From Rhodothermales bacterium (GTDB lineage: Bacteria > Bacteroidota > Rhodothermia > Rhodothermales > Bin80): 64,000 nucleotides of DNA. Positions 25,289 through 34,464 of this stretch are shown here, piece after piece. Location: contig JAJECE010000077.1 in the NCBI GenBank assembly GCA_022822185.1, forward strand, positions 2,504 through 66,503. The letters run 5' to 3'. Positions within the stretch are counted from its first letter, which is position 1. Every line of letters begins with the position of its first letter. The position numbers and the translations under genes are program-made. Below the pieces are notes generated by a model. It made no database searches, was not told the origin of the DNA, and saw nothing but the letters and a program-made list of their open reading frames with translations.

Positions 25289-28200
25289 TTACAAATTGAT
25301 GTTCACGCCAAAACTGATCGAGCGTGTCGTAAAGTATTCCAGACGCCGTTCAATCCCGGGTCCAAGCGGACCGACGGTCGCGCCCTGTCCAGACTGTCCC
25401 TGATCCCGGTCCACATACCGCACCTGTGGATTCAAGCCGGAGTAGCCGGTAATCGTGAACAGGTTATTTCCCGACAAATAAACACGCACCCTCCGAATGG
25501 GGGTATTTGCAAGCATCGATGCGGGGAGGGTGTATCCAACGGAGGCATTGCTTAGACGCACATAATCCCCGTTTTCTACGTGGTAACTGGACCAGCGCGG
25601 GTCATCATTGAGGTCGGACAGTTCAAACGCATCCTGCAGCACATTGTAGGATGTAATCTGCTTTGGCACGGAATAGAAGGTGCTGAACATGTTTGCAATC
25701 TGATGGCCAAAGACCCCCTCAACGAAGAAACTGGCATCAAAATCACCGTAGGACATTCTGTTTGACCAACCCAGTTGAAAATCAGGAAGGCCGTTCCCCA
25801 GAATCTGCTCATCATCGGGAAAATCAAGGGCTTCATACTCTTTTTCGGTACCGTCGGCGGCATGAAAAAGCCATTTGCCATTGTCTCCGATCCGGGCAAA
25901 CCGGGGCCCCCATAACTGTCCGATCGGCTCGCCCTCCTTGATTCGGACCATTTGTACATTGTTGAGTCCAGGTGCGCCAGGTTCTGCCAGGAACTGAACA
26001 TCTTCCGTCAGATACTCGTCCAGCATGGTTTCCGAATAAATGGACGCAATGATCCCGGAACCCCAGGTGAAGTCACCGGCCGAACTGCCCTGGAGAATTT
26101 CATAGTCCAGAGAGAATTCCAGTCCACTGGTGGACAGTTCACCCACATTGCTCCATGTAGTGGGATAGAGGTTCGGCGGAACCGGGACTGCGATCTGGAA
26201 GAGCAAGTCACTGGTCGTGGATTGATAGGCATCAATCCGGCCGCTTAAGCGGTTATCCAGCGCAACAAAATCAACCCCAAGATTGATCTCGGTTTTTTCT
26301 TCCCACTTCAGATCTGGGTTCGGATTGCTGACCGGGCTGAAGCTCTGGATGTACTGACCGCTGACAAAGAAACTGCCTGCAGGGCCCAATCTGGAGAGGG
26401 AAAGGCCGCTGACCGGTGCATCCTGCCCGGTCTTACCGATACTGGCCCGGAGACGCAATTCGCTGAAGTAAGGCAGCTCAACCAGATTGGCCAATTCTAC
26501 GCCAACCCCGGCAGACCAGAACAGTCCCCATTTATTATCCACCCCGAAGCGAGATGACCCTTCACGGCGAACGCTTCCATTGAAGAAGAAGGTGCCGTCA
26601 TAGTTCGCGTTCACACGGCTGAAGAAGGCAATCAGGCGGTTGGTTTCCCGGAAACTGCCCACGCTTGCCTCGCCCTGATTAAAATCCTGTGCAAAGGAGA
26701 AGTTGTTGTAGGATACCTTATCGGTGATAAAGTCTCCTCCCCCGGCATCAAACCCCTCACTGACAAAGTCATTATAGGAGTACCCTGCAATAAACTCAAG
26801 CGCAACCTCTCTGGTCAGATCGCCAGCGTAGTGAAGCGTGGATTCAAAGAGCTCGCTTTCCAAGTCTGAATAGGATTGTTCTGCACGGCCCGGTCCGAGC
26901 GAGGCAGCCGTTGCTCCGCCACCAACCTTGTGCCGGCGTGAATAGAAATTCCTCGCAATGCGGTCATTGTTCTGATAGGAGTACTGGGCGGCAACGGATA
27001 GACCAGGAAGCAGAACAGACAGGTCGTACTCACCTCTCACAACGCCGGAGAACAACTTGTTCTCCCCAATTCTGCTCCCCTCTTCAATGATGGCCACCGG
27101 GTTGAAATAATTAAAGAGCGGCTGTTCAAAGAACCCGCCCGTATTCTCAAATCCATCCGCCCTGACCGGCGCAGTCGGGTTCATGACACCGGAGAATTTG
27201 AAGGCATCTGCAAAACCAAAGTTCTGATCTTTTTTATTCGCGGACAGCTGAATCGTGATCTCCAGTTTGCGATCCAGCGTCCACTGGGTAAAGTTCAGCC
27301 GCCCACCGATCTCCTGGAAACCGGTATAGCGCTGAATTCCATTGCGGTCCCGGAAATTCCCGGAAACCCGATAAATTGAGTTTTCGCTCCCGCCACTGAG
27401 TGCAAGGGTGTGCACCATATTGGATCCCGTCTGGGTGATTTCCTCAAACCAGTCGGTATTATGTCCCAAATCCGGTGCATCAAACTCCGTTTCCTGGGAC
27501 AACCTGCGGTACTCATCACCAGAAAGCACATCCAGACGGTTTTCGATGCCCTCGAAGGTATAGTAGGCATTGTAGTCTACGGATACACCTTCCCGGGCCT
27601 CACCGGTTTTAGTGGTGATCAGGATGACACCGGCGGATCCGCGTGTTCCGTAAATAGCGGAAGCGGATGCATCCTTGAGTACATCAATGGACTCAATATC
27701 TGTAGGGTCAATACTGTCAATGCTGCCGCCGACAACGCCGTCTACGACAACCAGAGGAGACTGGTTTGCTCCGAACGAGGAGATGCCCCGCAAACGCACA
27801 TCCGGTGAATCATTCGGATTCCCGTTGCGAGTACTGATCTGAAGACCGGCAACCTTGCCCTGGATCATCTCCTCAACGGAATTTACATTTCCAGTTACGA
27901 AATCATCTTCTCCAAGATTGGAAACGGAACCGGTAATGGTTCGGCGCTCCTGGGATCCGTAGCCTGTGACCACAAGTTCTTCGCCGATTTCGAAGACCGT
28001 TTCAATCAGGTCAACGTCGATGGTCGTTCGACCGTCAATTCCAATTTCCTGCGTGTCAAACCCAATAAAGGAGAAGACCAGAGTATCCTGAAGCGAAGGC
28101 ACATCAAGACTGTACATTCCGTCAAAGTCGGATGTAGTCCCGGTTGAGGTTCCTTTGATGATAATATTTACACCAGGTATTGACTCAGCGGTTGATGCCT

Positions 28201-28297
28201 CACGCACCGTGCCCTGGACCTGATTCTGAGAGAAAGCGCTTCCAGCCGAAAAAGCAACGAGCGGAATCAGCGCATACAATAATTTTCTTACCTTCAT
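25289..28297 (-). CDS. SusC/RagA-family TonB-linked outer-membrane protein
   Basis: The tracked ORF is 25289..28480. The likely start is MKVRKLLYALIPLVAFSAGSAFSQ at 28297. Contains a CarbopepD_reg-like domain (VQGTVREASTAESIPGVNIIIKGTSTGTTSDFDGMY), a plug (AGLQISTRNGNPNDSPDVRLRGISS), and the C-terminus ...SISFGVNINL. Confidence 0.9.
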   Translation of the reverse strand: MKVRKLLYALIPLVAFSAGSAFSQNQVQGTVREASTAESIPGVNIIIKGTSTGTTSDFDGMYSLDVPSLQDTLVFSFIGFDTQEIGIDGRTTIDVDLIETVFEIGEELVVTGYGSQERRTITGSVSNLGEDDFVTGNVNSVEEMIQGKVAGLQISTRNGNPNDSPDVRLRGISSFGANQSPLVVVDGVVGGSIDSIDPTDIESIDVLKDASASAIYGTRGSAGVILITTKTGEAREGVSVDYNAYYTFEGIENRLDVLSGDEYRRLSQETEFDAPDLGHNTDWFEEITQTGSNMVHTLALSGGSENSIYRVSGNFRDRNGIQRYTGFQEIGGRLNFTQWTLDRKLEITIQLSANKKDQNFGFADAFKFSGVMNPTAPVRADGFENTGGFFEQPLFNYFNPVAIIEEGSRIGENKLFSGVVRGEYDLSVLLPGLSVAAQYSYQNNDRIARNFYSRRHKVGGGATAASLGPGRAEQSYSDLESELFESTLHYAGDLTREVALEFIAGYSYNDFVSEGFDAGGGDFITDKVSYNNFSFAQDFNQGEASVGSFRETNRLIAFFSRVNANYDGTFFFNGSVRREGSSRFGVDNKWGLFWSAGVGVELANLVELPYFSELRLRASIGKTGQDAPVSGLSLSRLGPAGSFFVSGQYIQSFSPVSNPNPDLKWEEKTEINLGVDFVALDNRLSGRIDAYQSTTSDLLFQIAVPVPPNLYPTTWSNVGELSTSGLEFSLDYEILQGSSAGDFTWGSGIIASIYSETMLDEYLTEDVQFLAEPGAPGLNNVQMVRIKEGEPIGQLWGPRFARIGDNGKWLFHAADGTEKEYEALDFPDDEQILGNGLPDFQLGWSNRMSYGDFDASFFVEGVFGHQIANMFSTFYSVPKQITSYNVLQDAFELSDLNDDPRWSSYHVENGDYVRLSNASVGYTLPASMLANTPIRRVRVYLSGNNLFTITGYSGLNPQVRYVDRDQGQSGQGATVGPLGPGIERRLEYFTTRSISFGVNINL

Positions 28298-28749
28298 AGT
28301 GTAAAATAATGTCTGGTTACGAGATGATAGGTGGGACAAAGAATCTTCCCACAGGACGTTCTTGGATGCGCAATATACAAAATTTTTCTTTTTTCCACCT
28401 ATAAAACGGGGAAAATTTGAAAAAAATTCAAAAATAAGACTTTGGTGGCTAAGATTGGGACTGACTTGATGAGGATACACAACACATAGATATTAGGAGG
28501 CCCTTCGTCTTGATATGGAAAATTTGTTCCCTCTGACTCCAATCCGGCAAGACTATCCCCACATGAATTCGATAGAGACCTTCTGGAACCAAAAACGCAG
28601 TTTAAGGGGCATCCGGCTGTGTTACGGATTCAAGAGATTGAAGGGATACAAGTTGCTGGATGGGTTGAGGGGCTGCGAACAGATGCATGGCTTTCTATTA
28701 AAACAGATTTGGCCGTATTACTGGGGACCATCAAGTTCAACTCTGACTC

Positions 28750-31194
28750 ATGAAATACTCTCCCTTCTTCCCATGTCTATTCCTCATGGTTATGCTTAGT
28801 GTGCGTTCCGCGAAGGCACAACTGGACTATCAGGCACCACCGGCACCGCTCGACAGATTGCTTGATGCACCACTTACCCCGTCGGTAAGACTAAGCCCTG
28901 ATGGTATGCTTATGGCTTTGCTGCACCGGCCGGGACTTCCCTCGATTGAAGACGTTGCGGCTCCGGAACTGCGTCTTGCCGGGATGCGGATTAATCCGAG
29001 GACTCATGGCCCAAGCCGGACCACTGCTTATTCGGGAATCAGCATCAAGTCACTGGATGCAAACCCTGCACGTCCAATAACAGGCATTCCAGAGTCCGGC
29101 AGGGTTCGGAATGTATCCTGGGCACCAGATGGACAGCATATTGCCTTCACAGTGGATATGGTTGACCGGATTGATCTGCATGTTGCCGATGTAGCCACCG
29201 GAACCGCCCGCAAATTGACAGACATTGCCATCAACGATATAACTTATGGCAGCCTGCGCTGGCATCCAGACTCAAAATCCCTGCTGGTTCGCGCGGTCCC
29301 GCAGGATCAGGAAAGCATGCCGGTGGAGCCCCTTGCCCCGGCAGGCCCGGTAATTCAGGAGAATCTAGGTGGAGAAGCGCCTGCGCGGACCTATCAGGAT
29401 CTCCTCTCGGATCCGTACGATGAAGTCCTGTTTGCCTGGTTCATGGCATCACAGGTTTTCCATATCCCCCTTCAGGGAACGGCCACACCGCTGGGGCCCG
29501 TCGGGCTGGCACTGACCCCCGAACCGTCTCCCGATGGGCAATATATCCTGGTTCGTGCCATGCATCGCCCCTTTTCCTATCTGGTTACGGCGGGCCGTTT
29601 TCCGCACAGTTACACAATCTATGATGCACAGGGGCAACTCGTCAAAGAAGTCGCCCGGCTGCCTCTGGCCGAAAATGTACCGGTCGCATTTGGATCAACC
29701 ACCACCGGACCTCGCAGTATGGGTTGGAGGGCAGATGCGCCGGCGACCCTTGTCTGGGTAGAAGCACTGGATGGGGGCGATGGTGGTGCGGAAGCATCGC
29801 TGCGGGACGAAGTCTTTTTACTGGATGCACCTTTTGAATCGGATCCCGTATCGCTGGTAAAGCTACAACTCCGGTACAGCGGAATCCTGTGGGGCCATGA
29901 GTCGATGGCGCTGGTGGTAGAAACATGGTGGTCTACCCGGCAACAGAAAACCTCGCTCCTGAACCCTTCAAATCCCGGTACCGTCACCAAGGCGATCTTT
30001 GATCGCTCCACAGAAGATCGCTACAGTAATCCAGGGACTTTTCAGAGGATACGTACCGCGCAGGGAACGTCTGTGCTCCAGATGGACGGGGACAATCTTT
30101 TGCTGATTGGTACGGGAGCATCGGAGGATGGAGACCGGCCGTTTCTGAGAACACTCAATTTGGAAACGGGTGCAGCCGAAACCCTCTTCCAGAGTGAAGC
30201 GCCCTACTATGAACGTCCCGTGTACGTCATGGATGACGCTCACATTCTGACGGTTCGGGAGTCGGTGGATGATCCGCCGAACTATTTTGTGCGTAATCTG
30301 GAGGATGGATCGCTTATGGCCGTGACTGAGTTTGAACACCCGTACCCGGAACTGGCGACCATCACAAAGGAAGAGCTCAATTATACGCGTGCAGATGGGG
30401 TTCCACTGAAGGCAACCCTCTATCTCCCGCCTGAATATGATACGCAGGATGGACCGCTCCCAGCGCTGATCTGGGCATACCCGCGTGAATTCAAGAATGC
30501 AGACTTTGCCGGTCAGCGCACCGGCAGCCCGTTCCGTTTCAAGTATATGAGTTATTCGGGAGCGATCCCATATGTGACGCAGGGATATGCGGTTCTGGAC
30601 GGCACCTCTATGCCCGTAATCGGAGAAGGGGAGGAAGAGCCCAACGATACATTCCGGGAACAGTTGGTGGCGAATGCACAGGCGGCCATTGATGCTGGCA
30701 CAGCGCGGGGAGTTGTAGATCCGAACCGTGTAGCAATTGCGGGGCACTCCTACGGTGCGTTTATGACTGCGAATCTGTTGGCCCACTCCGACCTCTTTCG
30801 TGCGGGCATTGCGCGAAGCGGTGCCTATAACCGTACACTGACCCCGTTTGGGTTTCAGCGGGAAGAGCGTTTATTCTGGGAATCCCCTGAAACCTATTAT
30901 ACGATGTCCCCCTTCATGCATGTGGATAAAGTGAATGAGCCAATCCTGCTCATCCACGGAGAGGCGGATAATAACTCAGGTACATTTCCTCTCCAGAGCC
31001 GCCGCTTTTATGGTGCATTAAAAGGACTGGGAAAGACTGCACGTCTGGTCATGCTTCCTCATGAAAGCCATGGATATCGTGCGCGGGAATCTGTAGGGCA
31101 TGTCCTCTGGGAAACGACGCGCTGGTTAGACACGTATGTGAAAAATGCGGAACCCTCTGACACGGCAGTGGCACCGTCAACTCCCAACCTATAG
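28750..31194 (+). CDS. S9 (prolyl oligopeptidase/DPP family) serine peptidase with N-terminal beta-propeller
   Basis: 814 aa with a signal peptide. The catalytic Ser is in GHSYGAFMTA, Asp in IHGEADNN and His in PHESHGY. Confidence 0.9.
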   Translation: MKYSPFFPCLFLMVMLSVRSAKAQLDYQAPPAPLDRLLDAPLTPSVRLSPDGMLMALLHRPGLPSIEDVAAPELRLAGMRINPRTHGPSRTTAYSGISIKSLDANPARPITGIPESGRVRNVSWAPDGQHIAFTVDMVDRIDLHVADVATGTARKLTDIAINDITYGSLRWHPDSKSLLVRAVPQDQESMPVEPLAPAGPVIQENLGGEAPARTYQDLLSDPYDEVLFAWFMASQVFHIPLQGTATPLGPVGLALTPEPSPDGQYILVRAMHRPFSYLVTAGRFPHSYTIYDAQGQLVKEVARLPLAENVPVAFGSTTTGPRSMGWRADAPATLVWVEALDGGDGGAEASLRDEVFLLDAPFESDPVSLVKLQLRYSGILWGHESMALVVETWWSTRQQKTSLLNPSNPGTVTKAIFDRSTEDRYSNPGTFQRIRTAQGTSVLQMDGDNLLLIGTGASEDGDRPFLRTLNLETGAAETLFQSEAPYYERPVYVMDDAHILTVRESVDDPPNYFVRNLEDGSLMAVTEFEHPYPELATITKEELNYTRADGVPLKATLYLPPEYDTQDGPLPALIWAYPREFKNADFAGQRTGSPFRFKYMSYSGAIPYVTQGYAVLDGTSMPVIGEGEEEPNDTFREQLVANAQAAIDAGTARGVVDPNRVAIAGHSYGAFMTANLLAHSDLFRAGIARSGAYNRTLTPFGFQREERLFWESPETYYTMSPFMHVDKVNEPILLIHGEADNNSGTFPLQSRRFYGALKGLGKTARLVMLPHESHGYRARESVGHVLWETTRWLDTYVKNAEPSDTAVAPSTPNL

Positions 31195-31246
31195 GACAAA
31201 ATGATTTTGTACGAGGGAGCATAATACTTTAAGCCGATCAAGGGGA

Positions 31247-32950
31247 ATGCGTCCAGTCCTTTTTCTTGTACTGCTGGTTTTCTGGCCTCACCTTGTGAAT
31301 GCACAGGAAACGGTCAAATACTGGATTTTCTTGACGGATAAATATGATGTCTCCGGTAAGCATACGCAGGTTGAAGACGATTACCTGTCCGGTCATGCAG
31401 TCGCTCGGCGCATCCAGCGGGGAGAGCCGGGTTTGGCTTCTGTGGTCGCATTGCAGGATGCGCCCATTTCCCCTGTCTATGAAGAAGACCTTTTTCGCAG
31501 AGGTTTCAAGATTGAACAGCAAAGTCGCTGGCTGAATGCCGTGACTGCGTGGCTTAGTGAAGACGATGTGCACCAGATCGCATCCCTTCCCTATGTGCGC
31601 GAAATCCGCCCCGTTGCACACATCTTTCCTGATATACAACCACTGATTCCCGTATCGCCTGTGATCCCCGAACGAGTGTCTTCCAACTGCCCGTCAAGCC
31701 GATTTGGCCCCTCCTGTACCCAGTTGGATGTAGTGAATGCAATTCCGCCGATTGAGCGGGATATCAATGGGAGAGGGGTAATCCTGGGATTCATTGATAA
31801 CAAATTTAGTGCGGACTCTGCCGCCCCCTTCAGTCACAGATCACTGCGACATATTCTTGATGACGGTCGACTCGGTGAATTTCGGGATTTCACGAACATG
31901 GATTCATCGCAGATATGTTCCTATTCATCTTCCCATGGAATGGCGGTTGCATCAATAGCAGTTGGATATTATGAGGGTATCCTCATTGGCCCTGGATACG
32001 GTGCCACAATTTATGCTGCTGCGACCGAATGTAGTTCCTATGAGCGCAATATTGAAGAAGACAATTTTGTTGCCGCGGTGGAGTGGATGGAAGCCAGAGG
32101 AGTCGATGTGATCACCGCCTCATTGGGCTATCTTGGGTTTGATGACGGCCAGCGCAGTTACACCCGGCATGATCTGGACGGTAACACCGGACTTACCACC
32201 ATTGCCATGGATGCCGCTGCCAGTCGTGGCGTAATTCCAATCAACAGTGCAGGCAATAGCGGTTTCCGCGGTCCTCAAACCATCACCATGCCTGCGGACG
32301 GGCACTCAGTGATTGCGGTTGGTGGTATTTGGCCGGATGGACAGATTTTCGACCGCAGCAGCCGGGGGCCGACGGCAGATGGCAGAATCAAGCCGGATGT
32401 CACTGCACAGGGTGTCGCAGTCGATTTTGCTTCGGGAATGGATGGCTATGAGAGGATGTCGGGTACCTCACTGGCTGCTCCGATGGTGGCGGGAATCGTC
32501 ACCCAGATTCTTCAGGTGAATCGCCATCTTAAGCCGAGAGAGGTCTGGAATCTATTAACCACGACCGCCAGCCGCTCAAACGCTCCTAACAACGACTATG
32601 GTTGGGGGATTGTCAATGCGGACGCAGCGATCATGAGCGCAGTGGCACTGAGACGCTCCGAAGAAGCCTTTCCCGTTCCCGACAACCTGATCCTGCATGC
32701 ACCTTATCCGAACCCGTTTCGGGATATCGTGTATTTCACGATTGAAGCAGCGGAACCCGTTTCTTATGCTCAACTCACGATTTTTGATGTATTAGGACGA
32801 GAGGCTGCCATTGTACACCAAGGCACACTTCAAACGGGAGGACTATCAATTCAATTTGACGGCTCAGACCTGCCCCTAGGGATTTACACCTATGCACTGG
32901 AGCATGGGGGAAGGACACAGTCGGGTATGTTAATACGTCTGGACTATTAG
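31247..32950 (+). CDS. S8 serine peptidase with T9SS C-terminal sorting domain, paralog 2
   Basis: 567 aa, colinear with 18832..20574 (many identical blocks, e.g. ERNIEEDNFVAAVEWME, LTTIAMDAAASRGV, APMVAGIVTQILQ). The C-terminus is YPNPFRDIVYFTIEA...GIYTYALEHGGRTQSGMLIRLDY. Confidence 0.9.
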   Translation: MRPVLFLVLLVFWPHLVNAQETVKYWIFLTDKYDVSGKHTQVEDDYLSGHAVARRIQRGEPGLASVVALQDAPISPVYEEDLFRRGFKIEQQSRWLNAVTAWLSEDDVHQIASLPYVREIRPVAHIFPDIQPLIPVSPVIPERVSSNCPSSRFGPSCTQLDVVNAIPPIERDINGRGVILGFIDNKFSADSAAPFSHRSLRHILDDGRLGEFRDFTNMDSSQICSYSSSHGMAVASIAVGYYEGILIGPGYGATIYAAATECSSYERNIEEDNFVAAVEWMEARGVDVITASLGYLGFDDGQRSYTRHDLDGNTGLTTIAMDAAASRGVIPINSAGNSGFRGPQTITMPADGHSVIAVGGIWPDGQIFDRSSRGPTADGRIKPDVTAQGVAVDFASGMDGYERMSGTSLAAPMVAGIVTQILQVNRHLKPREVWNLLTTTASRSNAPNNDYGWGIVNADAAIMSAVALRRSEEAFPVPDNLILHAPYPNPFRDIVYFTIEAAEPVSYAQLTIFDVLGREAAIVHQGTLQTGGLSIQFDGSDLPLGIYTYALEHGGRTQSGMLIRLDY

Positions 32951-33049
32951 GATTGAAAGTCATCAGACATCCACCATATGTCTCAACACCACGCGGTGAT
33001 GCCTTCATGGGGCAGATTGAAGTGACCGGGTCTGCTTATTCCTGCAAAT

Positions 33050-33268
33050 ATGAGGGAACATAATGTTTCAAGCCGACCGAGGGGAATGCGTACAGTCTTT
33101 TTTCTTGTACTGCTGGTTTTCTGGCCTCACCTTGTGAACGCACAGGAAACAGTCAAATACTGGATTTCCTTAACGGATAAATATGAGTTCTCCAGTAAGC
33201 ATACGCAGGTTGAAGACGACCACCTGTCCGGTCATGCGGTCGCTCGGCGCATCCAGTGGGGGGACTAG
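33050..33268 (+). pseudogene. Truncated duplicate of the S8 peptidase promoter-proximal region and first ~60 codons
   Basis: 33050..33262 aligns without gaps to 31211..31423 (offset 1839), with about 20 mismatches in ~213 positions by hand count. The homologous ATG is at 33086. Homology ends at about 33263 and the frame hits TAG at 33266..33268. Confidence 0.75.
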
Positions 33269-33315
33269 GTCTGAAGTTATTTCAACTATTCCACAGGGTG
33301 GATCAAGATTTACCG

Positions 33316-33719
33316 AAAATGGCTAGTTCCGCATGAAACAAGGGGTACATGGGGATCGCTACATTCCCGTGACCTGCGAAGTAGATGCGTTGGAACATAA
33401 GGCAGACGATCTTGGCACTGAAGTGAACCGTAACTGTGAACCGGTTGTCGACAGCACGGGAATGATCTTCCATCTGACCGATACATCTTGCCTTGAGATG
33501 CGGGTCAGACTACTCCAGAAGACTTCGCCAAAGGAAAACAGACTATCTGCCCGTGGATAAATTATGACCCTTGAATTAGACAGTGCAACTACTTATCGCA
33601 GATGGCCGATCCGCCTATTTTTCGCTCTTCGGGATATTCGTGAGCACAAAAATTTCACTCCTGTGGATATTTCGAGGGGTGGAATCCTGAAAAATAAATT
33701 CGAGAAGTGTCGATTAAGC
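33316..33719 (+). repeat. Conserved non-coding element, copy B (with 184-nt internal insertion/duplication)
   Basis: AAAATGGC (33316..33323) and GGGGATCGCT (33351..33360), then CCCGTG (33366..33371). A second CCCGTG at 33550..33555 is followed by sequence colinear with copy A at a constant offset of 22609: about 99/156 identical with no gaps, and 52/70 in the first 70 nt (hand count). Confidence 0.5.
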
Positions 33720-33885
33720 TTTTACGAACCTTACCCACAGACTGCAAAGCCCCTATCCAGAACAGAGTCATAGCGAAAAATTCGGGAGGATGCCCATATC
33801 TCCCCTTTTCGTGTAACCCTTGCTTTGGCAAAAGCTGGAACAATATTCTTGCTGGATTCATGTCGTTATTTTTCCAAGAGTATAC

Positions 33886-34464
33886 CTATCCCTGGGCGGA
33901 TACAGATGAGATGGCGGGCTGGGTGATTAAGGGGCGGTTCGCGGCCAGAATATCTTCGTTCACCTCAATTCCCTCGGTTCTGAGATACCCTATAATTCTC
34001 TGTACTTGTCCATTCAGGACATACATTGCACGAGCCAGTTCAGCAATTTGCTCATTCTGATCAGCTTGTCCATCCTCGATCCGTCTGAATGCAGCAGCAA
34101 CTTCCGCCTTAAACTGATTGAGTGCTTCAGTGAATCTAATTTCCAGTTGTTTAAGTGCTTCGGTTTGTCTGGTGTCTTGTTGTTTAAACCCTTCAGTAAA
34201 CCTGACTTCCAGTTGATTGAGTCCTTCAGTAAATCTGGCCTCCAGTTGATTGAGCCCTTCAGTAAATCTGACCTCCTGTTGATTGAATAGTTTGATTACT
34301 TCTGTTTTGAACTGATTGAGTGCTTCAGTTTGTCTGGCCTCGCTTCGTTCTAGGTTACGGTCAATTCTTCGTGTGAAAATTGAGATCACGGTAACCACCG
34401 TTCCAAGAATCAGAAAAAGCAAGGATGCCACGGCGATGAAAAGCGTGAGGGTTGATACAGTCAT
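33886..34464 (-). CDS. N-terminally membrane-anchored protein with seven 11-residue (hendecad) repeats
   Basis: 192 aa. TM helix TLTLFIAVASLLFLILGTVVTVISIF, then RQTEALNQFKT/EVIKLFNQQEV/RFTEGLNQLEA/RFTEGLNQLEV/RFTEGFKQQDT/RQTEALKQLEI/RFTEALNQFKA. No family recognised. Confidence 0.75.
   Translation of the reverse strand: MTVSTLTLFIAVASLLFLILGTVVTVISIFTRRIDRNLERSEARQTEALNQFKTEVIKLFNQQEVRFTEGLNQLEARFTEGLNQLEVRFTEGFKQQDTRQTEALKQLEIRFTEALNQFKAEVAAAFRRIEDGQADQNEQIAELARAMYVLNGQVQRIIGYLRTEGIEVNEDILAANRPLITQPAISSVSAQG
34105..34335 (-). repeat. 7 x 33-bp tandem coding repeat
   Basis: Plus-strand units such as cagttgattgagtccttcagtaaatctggcctc and cagttgattgagcccttcagtaaatctgacctc. The region corresponds to residues R44-A120 of the 192-aa protein. 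Confidence 0.85.

Noticed and set aside
28429-28436. A Bacteroidota-type -7 promoter box (TATTTTTG on the minus strand) upstream of the SusC-like gene.
   Set aside because: It matches the TAnnTTTG consensus, but I found no TTTG -33 element at the expected distance. An AT-rich region gives such matches easily, so it is not reported as a feature.
18832-32950. The two S8 peptidase paralogs in inverted orientation, flanking 10.7 kb, as arms of an invertible segment.
   Set aside because: The paralogs are diverged at the DNA level, with only short identical blocks in the stretches I compared. No recombinase gene is nearby. They are better explained as old paralogs within one functional locus.
34105-34335. 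33-bp tandem repeats considered as a possible CRISPR-like or minisatellite array.
   Set aside because: There are no spacers. The repeats are contiguous, in frame, and translate to a regular 11-residue protein repeat inside ORF 33886..34464.
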